From the IMG/VR virus record IMGVR_UViG_3300011113_000649, positions 1-64,000 of that record: a stretch of 64,000 nt of DNA; one strand, 5' to 3'. How positions within the stretch are numbered: position 1 is the first letter of the stretch; the number at the start of each line of letters is the position of its first letter. Source of the stretch: a virus. Below are positions 1 to 9,645 of this stretch, in pieces. Below the pieces are notes generated by a model. It made no database searches and was not told the origin of the DNA. It saw only the letters and a program-made list of their open reading frames with translations. The position numbers and the translations under genes were made by a program.

Positions 1-220
1 CAGGGTACTCAATGGTGGGTGGGGGGAACACTAATAGTGCTGGTGTAGGGCGCTCAATGGTGGGTGGGGGGGCCGCTAATAGTGCTGGTGGATTCAGCTC
101 AACAGTGGGTGGAGGATTCCTTAATAGTGCTGGTGGAGAGTACTCAATGGTGGGTGGGGGGAGCACTAATAGTGCTGGTGGAGATTACTCAGCGGTGGGT
201 GGAGGATTAAACAATATCGC
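1..220 (+). repeat. Tandem 42-nt (14-aa) repeats in the fibre gene
   Basis: About 5 copies of tcaatggtgggtgg..taatagtgctggt. Confidence 0.85.
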
Positions 221-1208
221 AGCTTCTGATCTTTCAACTATTCCGGGAGGCAAAGACGCCGTTACAAACTATACCAACGGAATAACTCATGCTGCTGGTG
301 AAATAGAAAATCCTGGAGATGCTCAAACCACAACACTAGTATTACGCAGAAGAATTCCATCGACCAATATTTTAGGTCAATATGCGCTTGCTCAATCATT
401 AGCGGATAATAGCGAGACATACGGAATAACAGTTCCTGCTAATTATATGGTTGGTGTGGATGCTACTCTGGTACTTCATACCAATACAACAACATTATCG
501 TGGAAAATTAATTTCTCTTTTATCTCCAAGTCTAATCCTATAAATTCCTATTTTATTGTTCCAAATGTAAGCGGATCTGTTGATAGCATTCTTGCTGGTT
601 CTTCTGCTATTGTTCCTATTGGTACCACCAGCACAACGCTATCGCCTGAAATTACCAGAACAAACAATACCTTAAATTTTCTTGTAAAAAATGTTATTAA
701 TAAAACCACTCAATATGTGGCCAGAATAGAATTGACAGAATCACTGTTATTTGAAGAGGATGATGAAGGATACTACTATTACTACTATGGTTCTTCGTCT
801 AATGATTCTCTATCTAGTAGTTCTCCATTCCTACTTACATTATCCCAGTCGGGCACTGGCGCGGGTAGTTGGTCAGGAGTCTGGTATTTTACCCACGGCA
901 CACTCTCGTCAAAGTTTACGCGCACGGTGGTCGGAAATGTATCTGCTCCAGGCTGGGTGTTGGATCCAATATTTACGGCCACGGCGGCTGGCACAGTTTA
1001 CATCACATTCACGTCGCAATCCCAAAGTGGAGATTGGAATCCAGATCTTGAAATCAAGAAAAACAATGTCGTGGTGCAAAATGTTTCTATTTTCAGCAAC
1101 AGCGTCACGCCAATAGCCGTAGTCGCAGGAGACACCATTCGGTTGTCGCCGCAGTTTGGTTCGGGTGATGGTCATCAACTGAATAATGTGTCGGTGTGGG
1201 CAGAATAA
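12..1208 (+). CDS. Fibre/adhesin-like virion protein (frame open to the window edge, likely 5'-truncated)
   Basis: 14-aa GGGxxNSAGxxxSxV repeats, a beta-rich middle domain, an EEDDEGYYYYYYG/Ser-rich linker, then a GC-richer beta-rich C-terminal domain. Confidence 0.6.
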   Translation: MVGGGNTNSAGVGRSMVGGGAANSAGGFSSTVGGGFLNSAGGEYSMVGGGSTNSAGGDYSAVGGGLNNIAASDLSTIPGGKDAVTNYTNGITHAAGEIENPGDAQTTTLVLRRRIPSTNILGQYALAQSLADNSETYGITVPANYMVGVDATLVLHTNTTTLSWKINFSFISKSNPINSYFIVPNVSGSVDSILAGSSAIVPIGTTSTTLSPEITRTNNTLNFLVKNVINKTTQYVARIELTESLLFEEDDEGYYYYYYGSSSNDSLSSSSPFLLTLSQSGTGAGSWSGVWYFTHGTLSSKFTRTVVGNVSAPGWVLDPIFTATAAGTVYITFTSQSQSGDWNPDLEIKKNNVVVQNVSIFSNSVTPIAVVAGDTIRLSPQFGSGDGHQLNNVSVWAE

Positions 1209-1230
1209 TTATTTTTAGGATATAAAAAAG

Positions 1231-2115
1231 ATGAACAATAAACCAAAAAACATATATGGCTTTTGGCATATCTCTGTTATGGGCAACAAATGGCAGGAGA
1301 TCGTCCAAGACCAGTACCAGACACTCTGTGACAGTGGACTCTTGACCGCCAGCAAAAAAGTCTATGTCTGTGTTGTTGGAGGCAACGGTACTGAGGATTT
1401 TTCGCATCTCAAGAATGTTACAATTCTAAGCAGGAATCCCAACTTAAAAGTAAGCGAGCTGTTTACTTTACGTTTTCTTAAGAAGTTCTGCAAGCATGCT
1501 AATTTAAGAACCATTATGGGTGCGTCAAGTTTGTTTTTTCATCCTGAACTACTGTCGTTCGCAGACTCTGACGATGATTCTTATGTGTGGTATATACATA
1601 CAAAAGGGGCGAGTCATGCTGGAAGTTCAAAATACCCCAATGTCTGGGATTGGAGGAAGTACATGGAATATTTTATTGTCGAGAGATGGAAAGACTGTGT
1701 AAAAGCGCTTGACGAAGGTTTCGACGTTTGTGGTGTGGAGTGGTCGTGGCACGATCTTGAGGGGAATGTCGTGAACGAGAACCCCAGTCCTCACCGCATG
1801 GGAACTGTGCCCAATGCTCATTTCTGTGGCAACTTCTGGTGGAGCACCAGCCATCACATCAATCGTTTGGACGATGATCTTGTGGCGCACGGAAACCGAT
1901 ATAACGCCGAGACATTCATAGGTGGAGGCTCAATCAGACACGGCCCGTATGGACACCTGCACATTGGCCACTACCAGCCGCCTGTCCAAAACAAACTCCC
2001 TGAATCCGGGATCAGAGTTAAAAACTTTCATTATTTTTTTAACGAAACCCCTTACCAACTCTACACAAAACCTCATCCTCGTAGTTACTACACCAGCGAC
2101 CCACCTTTAAAATGA
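1231..2115 (+). CDS. Putative glycosyltransferase (RgpF/rhamnan-synthesis-like)
   Basis: YIHTKG and HFCGNFWW motifs resemble RgpF-like and viral glycosyltransferase-like proteins; coupled to a sugar methyltransferase. Confidence 0.5.
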   Translation: MNNKPKNIYGFWHISVMGNKWQEIVQDQYQTLCDSGLLTASKKVYVCVVGGNGTEDFSHLKNVTILSRNPNLKVSELFTLRFLKKFCKHANLRTIMGASSLFFHPELLSFADSDDDSYVWYIHTKGASHAGSSKYPNVWDWRKYMEYFIVERWKDCVKALDEGFDVCGVEWSWHDLEGNVVNENPSPHRMGTVPNAHFCGNFWWSTSHHINRLDDDLVAHGNRYNAETFIGGGSIRHGPYGHLHIGHYQPPVQNKLPESGIRVKNFHYFFNETPYQLYTKPHPRSYYTSDPPLK

Positions 2116-2672
2116 GTTTATATATGGACACCCCAAGCCTATCGAGCCTATGCCTTCTACACAATACGGACAAAGTATCCTTGCACTCATACGTGGACAT
2201 TGTTTACACGCCTTTGTTTGAGCCCCGCCGTCATACACTCAAAAAACTGCTTGAAATAGGAATATGGCATGGCGCGAGTTTACGCGCGTGGCACGACTAC
2301 TTCCCTTCCGCGACCATCGTCGGTATAGACCGAGGGACTAGTCCTTTGTTTCAGAATGAGAGTCGCGTAGTAACATGTTGTGGAAACGCTTACTCTGCCG
2401 AGATGCTGGCGGCACTGCCAAATGATTTTGATATCATTATCGAGGATGGCTCGCACGAGCTGAAAGACTTGCTGTTTGTGGCAAAACACTATGTATCAAA
2501 ACTTGCTCCGGGAGGGCTGCTGATTCTGGAGGACATTGCGGAAGCCGCATGGGCAACCACGCTGCGAGAGAGCCTTGATCCGCAGTACACGGCAGAGGTG
2601 TACGATCTCCGCGAACAAAAGGGGAGATATGATGATATTTTAATGATTATTCGACAACATGGTGTCGCTTGA
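2112..2672 (+). CDS. Class I SAM-dependent (sugar O-)methyltransferase, MycE/TylE-like
   Basis: TDK..H.Y, LLEIGIWHGASLRAWHDYFP, FDIIIEDGSH, LAPGGLLILED. Confidence 0.8.
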   Translation: MSLYMDTPSLSSLCLLHNTDKVSLHSYVDIVYTPLFEPRRHTLKKLLEIGIWHGASLRAWHDYFPSATIVGIDRGTSPLFQNESRVVTCCGNAYSAEMLAALPNDFDIIIEDGSHELKDLLFVAKHYVSKLAPGGLLILEDIAEAAWATTLRESLDPQYTAEVYDLREQKGRYDDILMIIRQHGVA

Positions 2673-2720
2673 CAGCGAAAGATTGATATAGTTCTATCAG
2701 AAATTCTAATATTTAAATAT

Positions 2721-2731
2721 GGTGTATTTAT
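2721..2731 (+). promoter_or_regulatory. Putative phage late promoter motif GGTGTAT
   Basis: Intergenic GGTGTATTTAT; motif recurs at 3157, 6132, 9110 and 56724(-). Confidence 0.5.
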
Positions 2732-2755
2732 ACTTAAAATAAAGGAGAAATTGTT

Positions 2756-3133
2756 ATGAGCATATTAGACAATAATAGTCCTATTGAACAAATTTCACAA
2801 GCTCAATTAGCAGCAGATATGCTAATTGACCAAGCTAAAATTATATATCAACAAATTACTCGTGGTTTTAATAGTGGATCTAAAATATTTTGGAATAATG
2901 ATCATGGTATTAGTCCACAAGATATTGCTGATAAATTAGGAAATAATGCTAAAGAAGTATTTGAACTTCATTATAAATTAGGTCAATTTATTGGAAGTAT
3001 TAATCCAGAAGCTATAGCCGAAGGAGTTGCTGTTGTTGGTAATTTTACTATGAATGAAGATGGTACGGTAACCATTACAACACCAGAGCCAATTCAAGAA
3101 GAAGAAATAAACAATACGTCCGAAATTGAATAG
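2756..3133 (+). CDS. Hypothetical protein (virion module)
   Basis: AAGGAG RBS; 125-aa ORF. Confidence 0.7.
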   Translation: MSILDNNSPIEQISQAQLAADMLIDQAKIIYQQITRGFNSGSKIFWNNDHGISPQDIADKLGNNAKEVFELHYKLGQFIGSINPEAIAEGVAVVGNFTMNEDGTVTITTPEPIQEEEINNTSEIE

Positions 3134-3156
3134 TTTGGTTGGCCTTAATTATTTTG

Positions 3157-3167
3157 GGTGTATTATA
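3157..3167 (+). promoter_or_regulatory. Putative phage late promoter motif
   Basis: Intergenic GGTGTATTATA upstream of 3205. Confidence 0.5.
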
Positions 3168-3204
3168 ACTAATATCTAGTCTTTTGCTATAGAAATAAAA
3201 TATT

Positions 3205-3450
3205 ATGAGCTATATTAAAATTAGCCAATTACCCACAGCCACAGGAATCACTAATGATGATTATCTAGTTATTGTTGATGACCCCAGTGGTAGTCCTATA
3301 ACTAGAAAGGTGTTATTTGGAGATCTGGCAGATACAGTATTGGACGATTTAAGTACTACTCTTATAGGCGGGTCTGGCATTTTTATAACTCATAACGTAG
3401 CATCTGATACTTTTACTATTGATGCCTACATAGATGGTGGTAATATATAA
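3205..3450 (+). CDS. Small virion fibre-anchor-like protein
   Basis: N-terminal KISQLP..T.K and C-terminal IDGG motifs, both common in phage fibre proteins. Confidence 0.5.
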   Translation: MSYIKISQLPTATGITNDDYLVIVDDPSGSPITRKVLFGDLADTVLDDLSTTLIGGSGIFITHNVASDTFTIDAYIDGGNI

Positions 3451-3477
3451 TTAATTTTATTATTTAGAAAGTTTATA

Positions 3478-4011
3478 ATGAGCTACTGGCAAATAGAAGT
3501 TCCAATTATAGTGCGTAATCTTATTAATGACTTAGACGCTACTCCAACATATAGCGATGATCGAATTATACAACTAGCTACAGTAGCAGCAAGATATGTA
3601 ATTGGTGAGGCTAATTTTACTACAGAATATACAATAGATATTATTAATCAAACTATTAGTCCTGACCCTAGCGACCCAGCAAGCAGAGATGTTGATTTTG
3701 TTGGATTATTAGCATTAAAATCTGCATGCATACTAGATCAAAGTACTTTTAGAACTAAAGCAGCGCTTGAAGGCATTAGAACAGCATTAGGGTCGGCTAA
3801 TTTAGCTGTACAAGGTAATCTTGCTGGATATAAAACCATTCTAGATCAAGGGCCATGCGCGCTATACGAACAATTAACATTAGATCATAACATTGGTAAT
3901 GCCACAGCTGTTAGTGCTGTTCTTAGTCCGTTTGTTGGTAATAATTTTGATCCACGATATTTATTACGAGGTTCTTTTAGAAGCACAAACAGTAATGACT
4001 TTTACTCTTAA
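3478..4011 (+). CDS. Putative head-tail adaptor
   Basis: VRNLINDLD..YSDDRI N-terminus and position at the start of the neck/tail block. Confidence 0.5.
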   Translation: MSYWQIEVPIIVRNLINDLDATPTYSDDRIIQLATVAARYVIGEANFTTEYTIDIINQTISPDPSDPASRDVDFVGLLALKSACILDQSTFRTKAALEGIRTALGSANLAVQGNLAGYKTILDQGPCALYEQLTLDHNIGNATAVSAVLSPFVGNNFDPRYLLRGSFRSTNSNDFYS

Positions 4012-4019
4012 GGATTTTT

Positions 4020-4529
4020 ATGGTAAATTTTACTGGATTAAAAACTATATATAATAATCAAATGGATATGTTGCTTGCCAACACTGGGTTGAGCACAGAA
4101 GTGACATTCACATTCGGAGTTAGTAAAAAACAACTTTGTCCAAATTGTATTTTTGATCCTAATCTAAAAAAATCATCTAATAAATATAAAGCTGGTGGTC
4201 CCACAGCTTTTGATCTTGGCAAAATATGTCCATATTGCAATGGTATTGGTTACTATGGAGAAACCAACACAGAGACAGGATATCTTGCTATAATCTGGGA
4301 CTATAAAAAATGGATAAATCCTCCAACAAATATTGCGATATCAGATGGTATGATACAAACTATTTGTGATAAAACATACCTCCCATCTATAAGACAATGT
4401 AAAGATATTATAGTTTTATATCCTAGTAGTAGTAATAAAAAACATAAATTTCAGCTATATGGGGAGCCAACTCCTGCTGGTCTTGGGGATAACAACTATC
4501 TAATAACTATATGGAAAAAGGTTAATTAA
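4020..4529 (+). CDS. Putative head-closure/neck protein with Zn finger
   Basis: CPNC...CPYCNGIG; synteny. Confidence 0.5.
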   Translation: MVNFTGLKTIYNNQMDMLLANTGLSTEVTFTFGVSKKQLCPNCIFDPNLKKSSNKYKAGGPTAFDLGKICPYCNGIGYYGETNTETGYLAIIWDYKKWINPPTNIAISDGMIQTICDKTYLPSIRQCKDIIVLYPSSSNKKHKFQLYGEPTPAGLGDNNYLITIWKKVN

Positions 4530-4530
4530 G

Positions 4531-5166
4531 ATGAGATTTAGTATTAAATTATTAGACAGCACTAAAGATATTGAACAAAAAATATTGAGAGCTATGCTGC
4601 CAGAAGTTGTGGCGACTATGAATTCTGGTATGTCTAAACTTAAAAATAATCTACCAAATATTATTAGACAAGCCATTATTAACACACCAGAATACGAATC
4701 TTTAGCATTAGGAAAATTAAGATATGAATTTGGTATAGATAATATTGATAATAAACTAGCTAGTTTAGTTAGTGTATGGAGCACAAACATCAAGTATATC
4801 TATAGCTCTCCAACGATTGTAGCAAATAGAATAAAAGGATCTTTTTCTGCTAATATGATTAGAGCAGATTTCTCAGATGTTTTATACACAGATTTTGCTG
4901 CTGTGGTAGATACTGTTAGGGGATATACTTTGCCTTGGTTAGAGTGGTTATTGTTAGAGGGTAATAAAACTATCATTAAAAATTATGAAGTTATTTTAGG
5001 TCCAAATAGGGCGTCTAGAACTGGTTATGCTCTTATGAAACAATCTAGTAGATCGTGGAAAGTGCCATCAGAATTCTCAGGTACTGCTAATGATAATTGG
5101 ATAACCAGAGCAATAGACAGAGCAGAGCCTAATATACAACAATTGCTAGACGAGGCATTCTCATGA
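4531..5166 (+). CDS. Putative tail-completion/neck protein
   Basis: Synteny; C-terminal GT..DNWITRAI. Confidence 0.45.
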   Translation: MRFSIKLLDSTKDIEQKILRAMLPEVVATMNSGMSKLKNNLPNIIRQAIINTPEYESLALGKLRYEFGIDNIDNKLASLVSVWSTNIKYIYSSPTIVANRIKGSFSANMIRADFSDVLYTDFAAVVDTVRGYTLPWLEWLLLEGNKTIIKNYEVILGPNRASRTGYALMKQSSRSWKVPSEFSGTANDNWITRAIDRAEPNIQQLLDEAFS

Positions 5167-6119
5167 GCATATGTAATATCAATACAACATTTAAAAATAT
5201 AAATAATATTGGCGAAGATTTATTACTTAATATACTAGAGTCTAATTTTAAAACATATTTAGACTGGGCCTTTCTAGATATAGGCGGCTGGTTTGATGTT
5301 GCTGTAAGTGGTAGCGGAATATATGGCACCAACCAACACGCTAAATTATTACTTGTGGATGACCCAGCGTATAATGAAGGAGAGGTTTGGCAAGGCATAC
5401 GCAAAGACTGGGTTTGGGAAACTGGCGTGGCTTTTGGCAGTGGTTCTCCGATAAATGTTAGTGGTGTTTATATAGATAATGTATTTAATCCATATGCTAG
5501 TGGTGATTTTACAATTGATTATCCACTAGGGCGTATAATTTTTGATACGGCTGTTGATATCGATAGCAAAGTTGAACTAAACTATAGCTATAGATTTGTT
5601 CAAACATATAGAGCTAGTGATAGTCCGTGGTTCAATGTTCTACAATTTGCTAGCTATGAAACGAATAACCCCGATATAGTACGCACAGAAGATGGAGATT
5701 GGAGCATTGGTGGACAACACAGAATACAAATGCCAGCTATCGTTATAGAATCTTTAGCGAAAGCCAGATCAAGACCATATGAAATTGGCAACAATAATCT
5801 CATTATTGAACAAGATATTGCGTTCCATATTTTGGCCGAAAATAAAAATGATAGAAATAAATTATTAGATATTTTAAGATTACAACAAGATAGCGTTATT
5901 GTATTATATGATACTAATACCATAGCTCAAAATGACCTATATCCACTCGATTATAATGGTAATCGTAAAAATAATGCAATCATGTATCCTAATATGGTCA
6001 GCCAGTATGGATGGCGAAAGTGTTGGATAAAAAATGTCAATATTTTTGAAATAGAGTCAATTCATCCACTATTACATATGGCTATGGTAAGAGCAACCGT
6101 CGAGGTAATTTCAGAATAA
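5163..6119 (+). CDS. Putative tail terminator protein
   Basis: MPAIVIE motif; immediately upstream of the major tail gene. Confidence 0.45.
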   Translation: MSICNINTTFKNINNIGEDLLLNILESNFKTYLDWAFLDIGGWFDVAVSGSGIYGTNQHAKLLLVDDPAYNEGEVWQGIRKDWVWETGVAFGSGSPINVSGVYIDNVFNPYASGDFTIDYPLGRIIFDTAVDIDSKVELNYSYRFVQTYRASDSPWFNVLQFASYETNNPDIVRTEDGDWSIGGQHRIQMPAIVIESLAKARSRPYEIGNNNLIIEQDIAFHILAENKNDRNKLLDILRLQQDSVIVLYDTNTIAQNDLYPLDYNGNRKNNAIMYPNMVSQYGWRKCWIKNVNIFEIESIHPLLHMAMVRATVEVISE

Positions 6120-6131
6120 TTTCAAAAGTTA

Positions 6132-6142
6132 TGTGTATAATT
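6132..6142 (+). promoter_or_regulatory. Putative late promoter motif (TGTGTATAA)
   Basis: Intergenic variant of GGTGTAT upstream of the major tail protein. Confidence 0.45.
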
Positions 6143-6183
6143 AATATAGTCATTGCCTATCGTTTTATAAATGGAGATTTATT

Positions 6184-7314
6184 ATGCCCAATAATCGTAT
6201 TTATTACGCAATTCAACAAGTCACACTAGGAACTGGCAACGTTCCCGTACACGGTCTACAAAGTGTTGGCTTAACAACAAATTTCAATTTAGAACAAGTT
6301 TTCGAACTAGGTCAACTATCTATTTATCAGAATGTGGAAAACATTCCAGAAATTGAAGTTACTTTAAATAAAGTACTAGATGGTTATCCACTAGTTTATG
6401 TTTTAGCCACAGAAGCTGGAACTGCTATTAATACTTCTCTTAAAGCAACCAGTCCAGATCTTGCTGGTCGCCAAAACGCTCGCGCCGATATGAATCTATC
6501 AATATTTCCTGACACCTTAACCAGTGCAACTGGTACAAGTTTTGCAAGAGTTAGTTGCCCAGGTATGTATGTTAGTAGTGTAAGTTATACATTCCCAGTA
6601 GATGGTAATTTTACTGAAGATGTAACGCTGGTGGGCAATGACAAAATTTGGAGTACCAATGTTACTGGCCAATTTGGTAATGACGATGAGCCAGTTGCTA
6701 ATGAAGGTGTGAATCGTAGACAGCATCTACAAATGTCTGCTTGCAGATTTCCCTCACAAATTCCTGGTATTAACGCTAGTGGATTTAATACACAAATTGG
6801 TGGTGGTAGTGGTCATAATGTTCACTTTCAAAATATTACTGTTAGTACCGATCTTGGTCGTGAAAGCATTTTTGAACTAGGTACAATGGTTCCATATCAT
6901 CGCTATGTCACCTTCCCAGTAGAAGTAACAAGTGAATTTGAAGTTATTGCTACTAGTGGTGATGGTATCAATGCTACAGAAAGCGGATACTATACTGGAG
7001 ACTATAGTTTTGGTGGCACAGCAACTGTGGCTGGCACAGGCACCACTAACTGCGATGCTAGATTTAATCTATTAGACCAAAAGATTTATCTAGAAACTTG
7101 CGAAGGCACTAAGATTTATCTTGGCACCAAGAATAAACTATCCTCAGTAAATTATACTGGTGGTGATACTGGTGGCGGTAATGTAACAATCAGCTATAGT
7201 TATAGCAATTTTAACGACTTTGTTGTTGCTCACTCTGGCGGATTACTACCAGCCCCAACGCCCACAGGTAATTTCTGGGCCGGTCTATCCAACAGCGGAT
7301 ACATTGCTCCATAA
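6184..7314 (+). CDS. Major tail (tube) protein
   Basis: Beta-rich, Gly/Thr-rich; two FELG motifs suggest an internal duplication; GGAGA RBS; upstream of chaperones and tape measure. Confidence 0.65.
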   Translation: MPNNRIYYAIQQVTLGTGNVPVHGLQSVGLTTNFNLEQVFELGQLSIYQNVENIPEIEVTLNKVLDGYPLVYVLATEAGTAINTSLKATSPDLAGRQNARADMNLSIFPDTLTSATGTSFARVSCPGMYVSSVSYTFPVDGNFTEDVTLVGNDKIWSTNVTGQFGNDDEPVANEGVNRRQHLQMSACRFPSQIPGINASGFNTQIGGGSGHNVHFQNITVSTDLGRESIFELGTMVPYHRYVTFPVEVTSEFEVIATSGDGINATESGYYTGDYSFGGTATVAGTGTTNCDARFNLLDQKIYLETCEGTKIYLGTKNKLSSVNYTGGDTGGGNVTISYSYSNFNDFVVAHSGGLLPAPTPTGNFWAGLSNSGYIAP

Positions 7315-7358
7315 GCTAATAGTTAAATAAGTTAAGATACTGGATAATTGCAAGGACT

Positions 7359-8408
7359 ATGGATAATAGATTACTATCTTTATATCTTTCCAGAATTTTA
7401 TCTGGTGAGTTTATATTTGTGTTTGATAATATTAAATATAAATTAATATATCCCAATACTAATTTAAAATATCAAGCAGAAATTTATGCTCAAGAGCTAT
7501 ATGATAATAATAAATATTATGAGTGGTTAGATGATAACGATATTCTTTATTGGTTAGTAGATGTGGGATTATGGCCATCTAATGGAGACAATATTTTATC
7601 TCAATTAGAAAAACAAATAGAAGACTCTAAGGTCGATCTATATAATAATTATTTAAATCCAAATAAATTAAAGAATATACGTAAATCATTAAACGTTGCT
7701 AAGAATCGATACAATAAGCTATATAGCATTAGACACTCTTTGGACCATGTATCTTTACAAGGATATTGTAATATTTTAAAAAATGAATTTATAATTTTAA
7801 ATAGTCTATATAAATATGACTATCCTTTATATGATGATATTGAAAATTTAGATTATAATTTTATTTCCAATATATCTAATTTTATCAACGATAATATTAT
7901 AGATATTTCTACGTTTAGAATTTTAGCGAAAAATGAATTGTGGAGAAGTTACTGGAGCGCCAATAAAGATTTAGTATTTGATAAGGCCACAACCAATTGG
8001 ACAGACGAACAAAAAACTTTGGTGGTTATTAGTAAAATGTATGATAGCGCCTATGAGCATCCAGAATGTCCGCCAGATAATGTAATTGAGGACGATGATA
8101 TGTTTGATGGTTGGATGATAATACAAAAAAGAGAAAATGAAAAAAATAGAAAAAATAATCGCAATAATAAAATGTTAGAAGATAAAAAAATAGGTAATGC
8201 TAAAGAGGTATTTTTAGTTGCAAATAGTAAAGAAGAAGCACAAAATATTTATGATTTGAATGATGTTCAATCTAGACATATTATTAAAGAAAGGAATCAA
8301 GCAATATTTAGTTCTGATAAATCTGTTTCTGATACTCAATTACCAGATGTTCAGAGAGACCTAATAATGCAGAACAATCAAAAATTTATACAGAGTAGGA
8401 AAAAATAA
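7359..8408 (+). CDS. Hypothetical protein, possible tail assembly chaperone
   Basis: Between major tail and tape measure genes. Confidence 0.5.
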   Translation: MDNRLLSLYLSRILSGEFIFVFDNIKYKLIYPNTNLKYQAEIYAQELYDNNKYYEWLDDNDILYWLVDVGLWPSNGDNILSQLEKQIEDSKVDLYNNYLNPNKLKNIRKSLNVAKNRYNKLYSIRHSLDHVSLQGYCNILKNEFIILNSLYKYDYPLYDDIENLDYNFISNISNFINDNIIDISTFRILAKNELWRSYWSANKDLVFDKATTNWTDEQKTLVVISKMYDSAYEHPECPPDNVIEDDDMFDGWMIIQKRENEKNRKNNRNNKMLEDKKIGNAKEVFLVANSKEEAQNIYDLNDVQSRHIIKERNQAIFSSDKSVSDTQLPDVQRDLIMQNNQKFIQSRKK

Positions 8409-8689
8409 TGGATCATATTCAAAAAAATATCTTAACAAAAAGATTTCAAACCACAATGATTGGTTCTCTATTTGAATTTGAACAGAGTTTTGGCTATTTG
8501 TGGGGATTAGACAAGGATGACTCAGAACTTACAGAACAACAACGAAAATTTAGAGAATTATGGGAGGATACAAGGAATGAAATTTTAAATAATGGAAATA
8601 ATCAACTTAGAAAATGTTTATCTGATCTAGAAAAAACACAAACGAATAATATAAAATATAGTTATAATTTTAAGAAAGGAAATAGATAG
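8408..8689 (+). CDS. Hypothetical protein
   Basis: TAATG-coupled 93-aa ORF. Confidence 0.6.
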   Translation: MDHIQKNILTKRFQTTMIGSLFEFEQSFGYLWGLDKDDSELTEQQRKFRELWEDTRNEILNNGNNQLRKCLSDLEKTQTNNIKYSYNFKKGNR

Positions 8690-8690
8690 T

Positions 8691-9566
8691 ATGAAAACAA
8701 GAACTTTTACCCTAAAAATAGATAATCAAGATGTAGAATTTTTAGTGAGGTCACCATCTTTACAAGATCAAAGAGAAGCAACGAAGGTTTACAACCAAGC
8801 ATTTACAGAAGCCTTAAAATCTAAAGCTATTGTAAGAGCTAAATTAGACGATCTATTGGTTGATCAAGGTTTATGGGATAGTACAAAACAGACCAAATTT
8901 ACAGAACTTCAATCAAAAATTTTAGAAGGCGAAAAAAAATTGGCTAAGGGTGGTATAACACTATTCAAAGCTAAAGAAGAAGCCCTTAAAATGAGAAGCA
9001 GTCGCGAAGAGCTTAGAGAGCTAATTTCTGTCAAAACCAATTTGGATACTCATACAGCAGAAGGTCAAGCCGACAATGCTAGATTTAATTACTTAGTTTC
9101 TGTATGCACGGTGTATAAGCATAATACACAGCCCTATTTTAATAGTTATGAAGACTACAATAATAGGTCAACAGACAGCGTAGCAGTTCTTGGTGCTCAA
9201 AATTTAGCCGGTATGTTATATGGATTAGATAATGATTATGAAGAAAAACTACCTGAAAATAAATTTTTAAGACAATATAAATTTGTTGATGATAAACTTA
9301 GACTAATTAATAAAGATAGTAAATTAATAGACTCCGATGGTAGACTAATAGACGAAAATGGAAGATTTATTAATGAAAATGGTGAATTTGTTGACAAAAA
9401 TGGAAACTTAGTTGATAAAGAAGGGGATTACATTGTTGAATTTAAGCCATTTCTGGATGATGATGGGAATCCAGTAGTAATATCAACAGAAAATACGCAA
9501 AAGGATAATACTACTAATGAGCCTAAAGAAAACGAAGAAAAGTCTTCTGATCAACAATCAGAATAA
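8691..9566 (+). CDS. Putative tail assembly chaperone with 7-aa (L/F)(I/V)DxxG repeats
   Basis: Position before tape measure; LIDSDGRLIDENGRFINENGEFVDKNGNLVDKEG. Confidence 0.55.
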   Translation: MKTRTFTLKIDNQDVEFLVRSPSLQDQREATKVYNQAFTEALKSKAIVRAKLDDLLVDQGLWDSTKQTKFTELQSKILEGEKKLAKGGITLFKAKEEALKMRSSREELRELISVKTNLDTHTAEGQADNARFNYLVSVCTVYKHNTQPYFNSYEDYNNRSTDSVAVLGAQNLAGMLYGLDNDYEEKLPENKFLRQYKFVDDKLRLINKDSKLIDSDGRLIDENGRFINENGEFVDKNGNLVDKEGDYIVEFKPFLDDDGNPVVISTENTQKDNTTNEPKENEEKSSDQQSE

Positions 9567-9585
9567 TATATTAACTCATAAAACC

Positions 9586-9632
9586 ACAGTCCCCGTATCA
9601 TATAGCTCTATGGTATGGGGATTGTTTTATTT
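9586..9632 (+). terminator. Long stem-loop plus T tract just upstream of the tape measure gene
   Basis: ACAGTCCCCGTATCATA-tagctc-TATGGTATGGGGATTGT (17 bp including G:U pairs) followed by TTTATTT. Confidence 0.65.
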
Positions 9633-9645
9633 ATAGGAAAAATTA

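Noticed and set aside
2669-2697. TTGACA as a sigma70 -35 box
   Set aside because: No -10 box at 16-18 nt spacing
7359-9566. Programmed -1 frameshift between tail chaperones (lambda G/GT type)
   Set aside because: The downstream ORFs have their own coupled starts; A-runs near the stops are unremarkable in this AT-rich DNA
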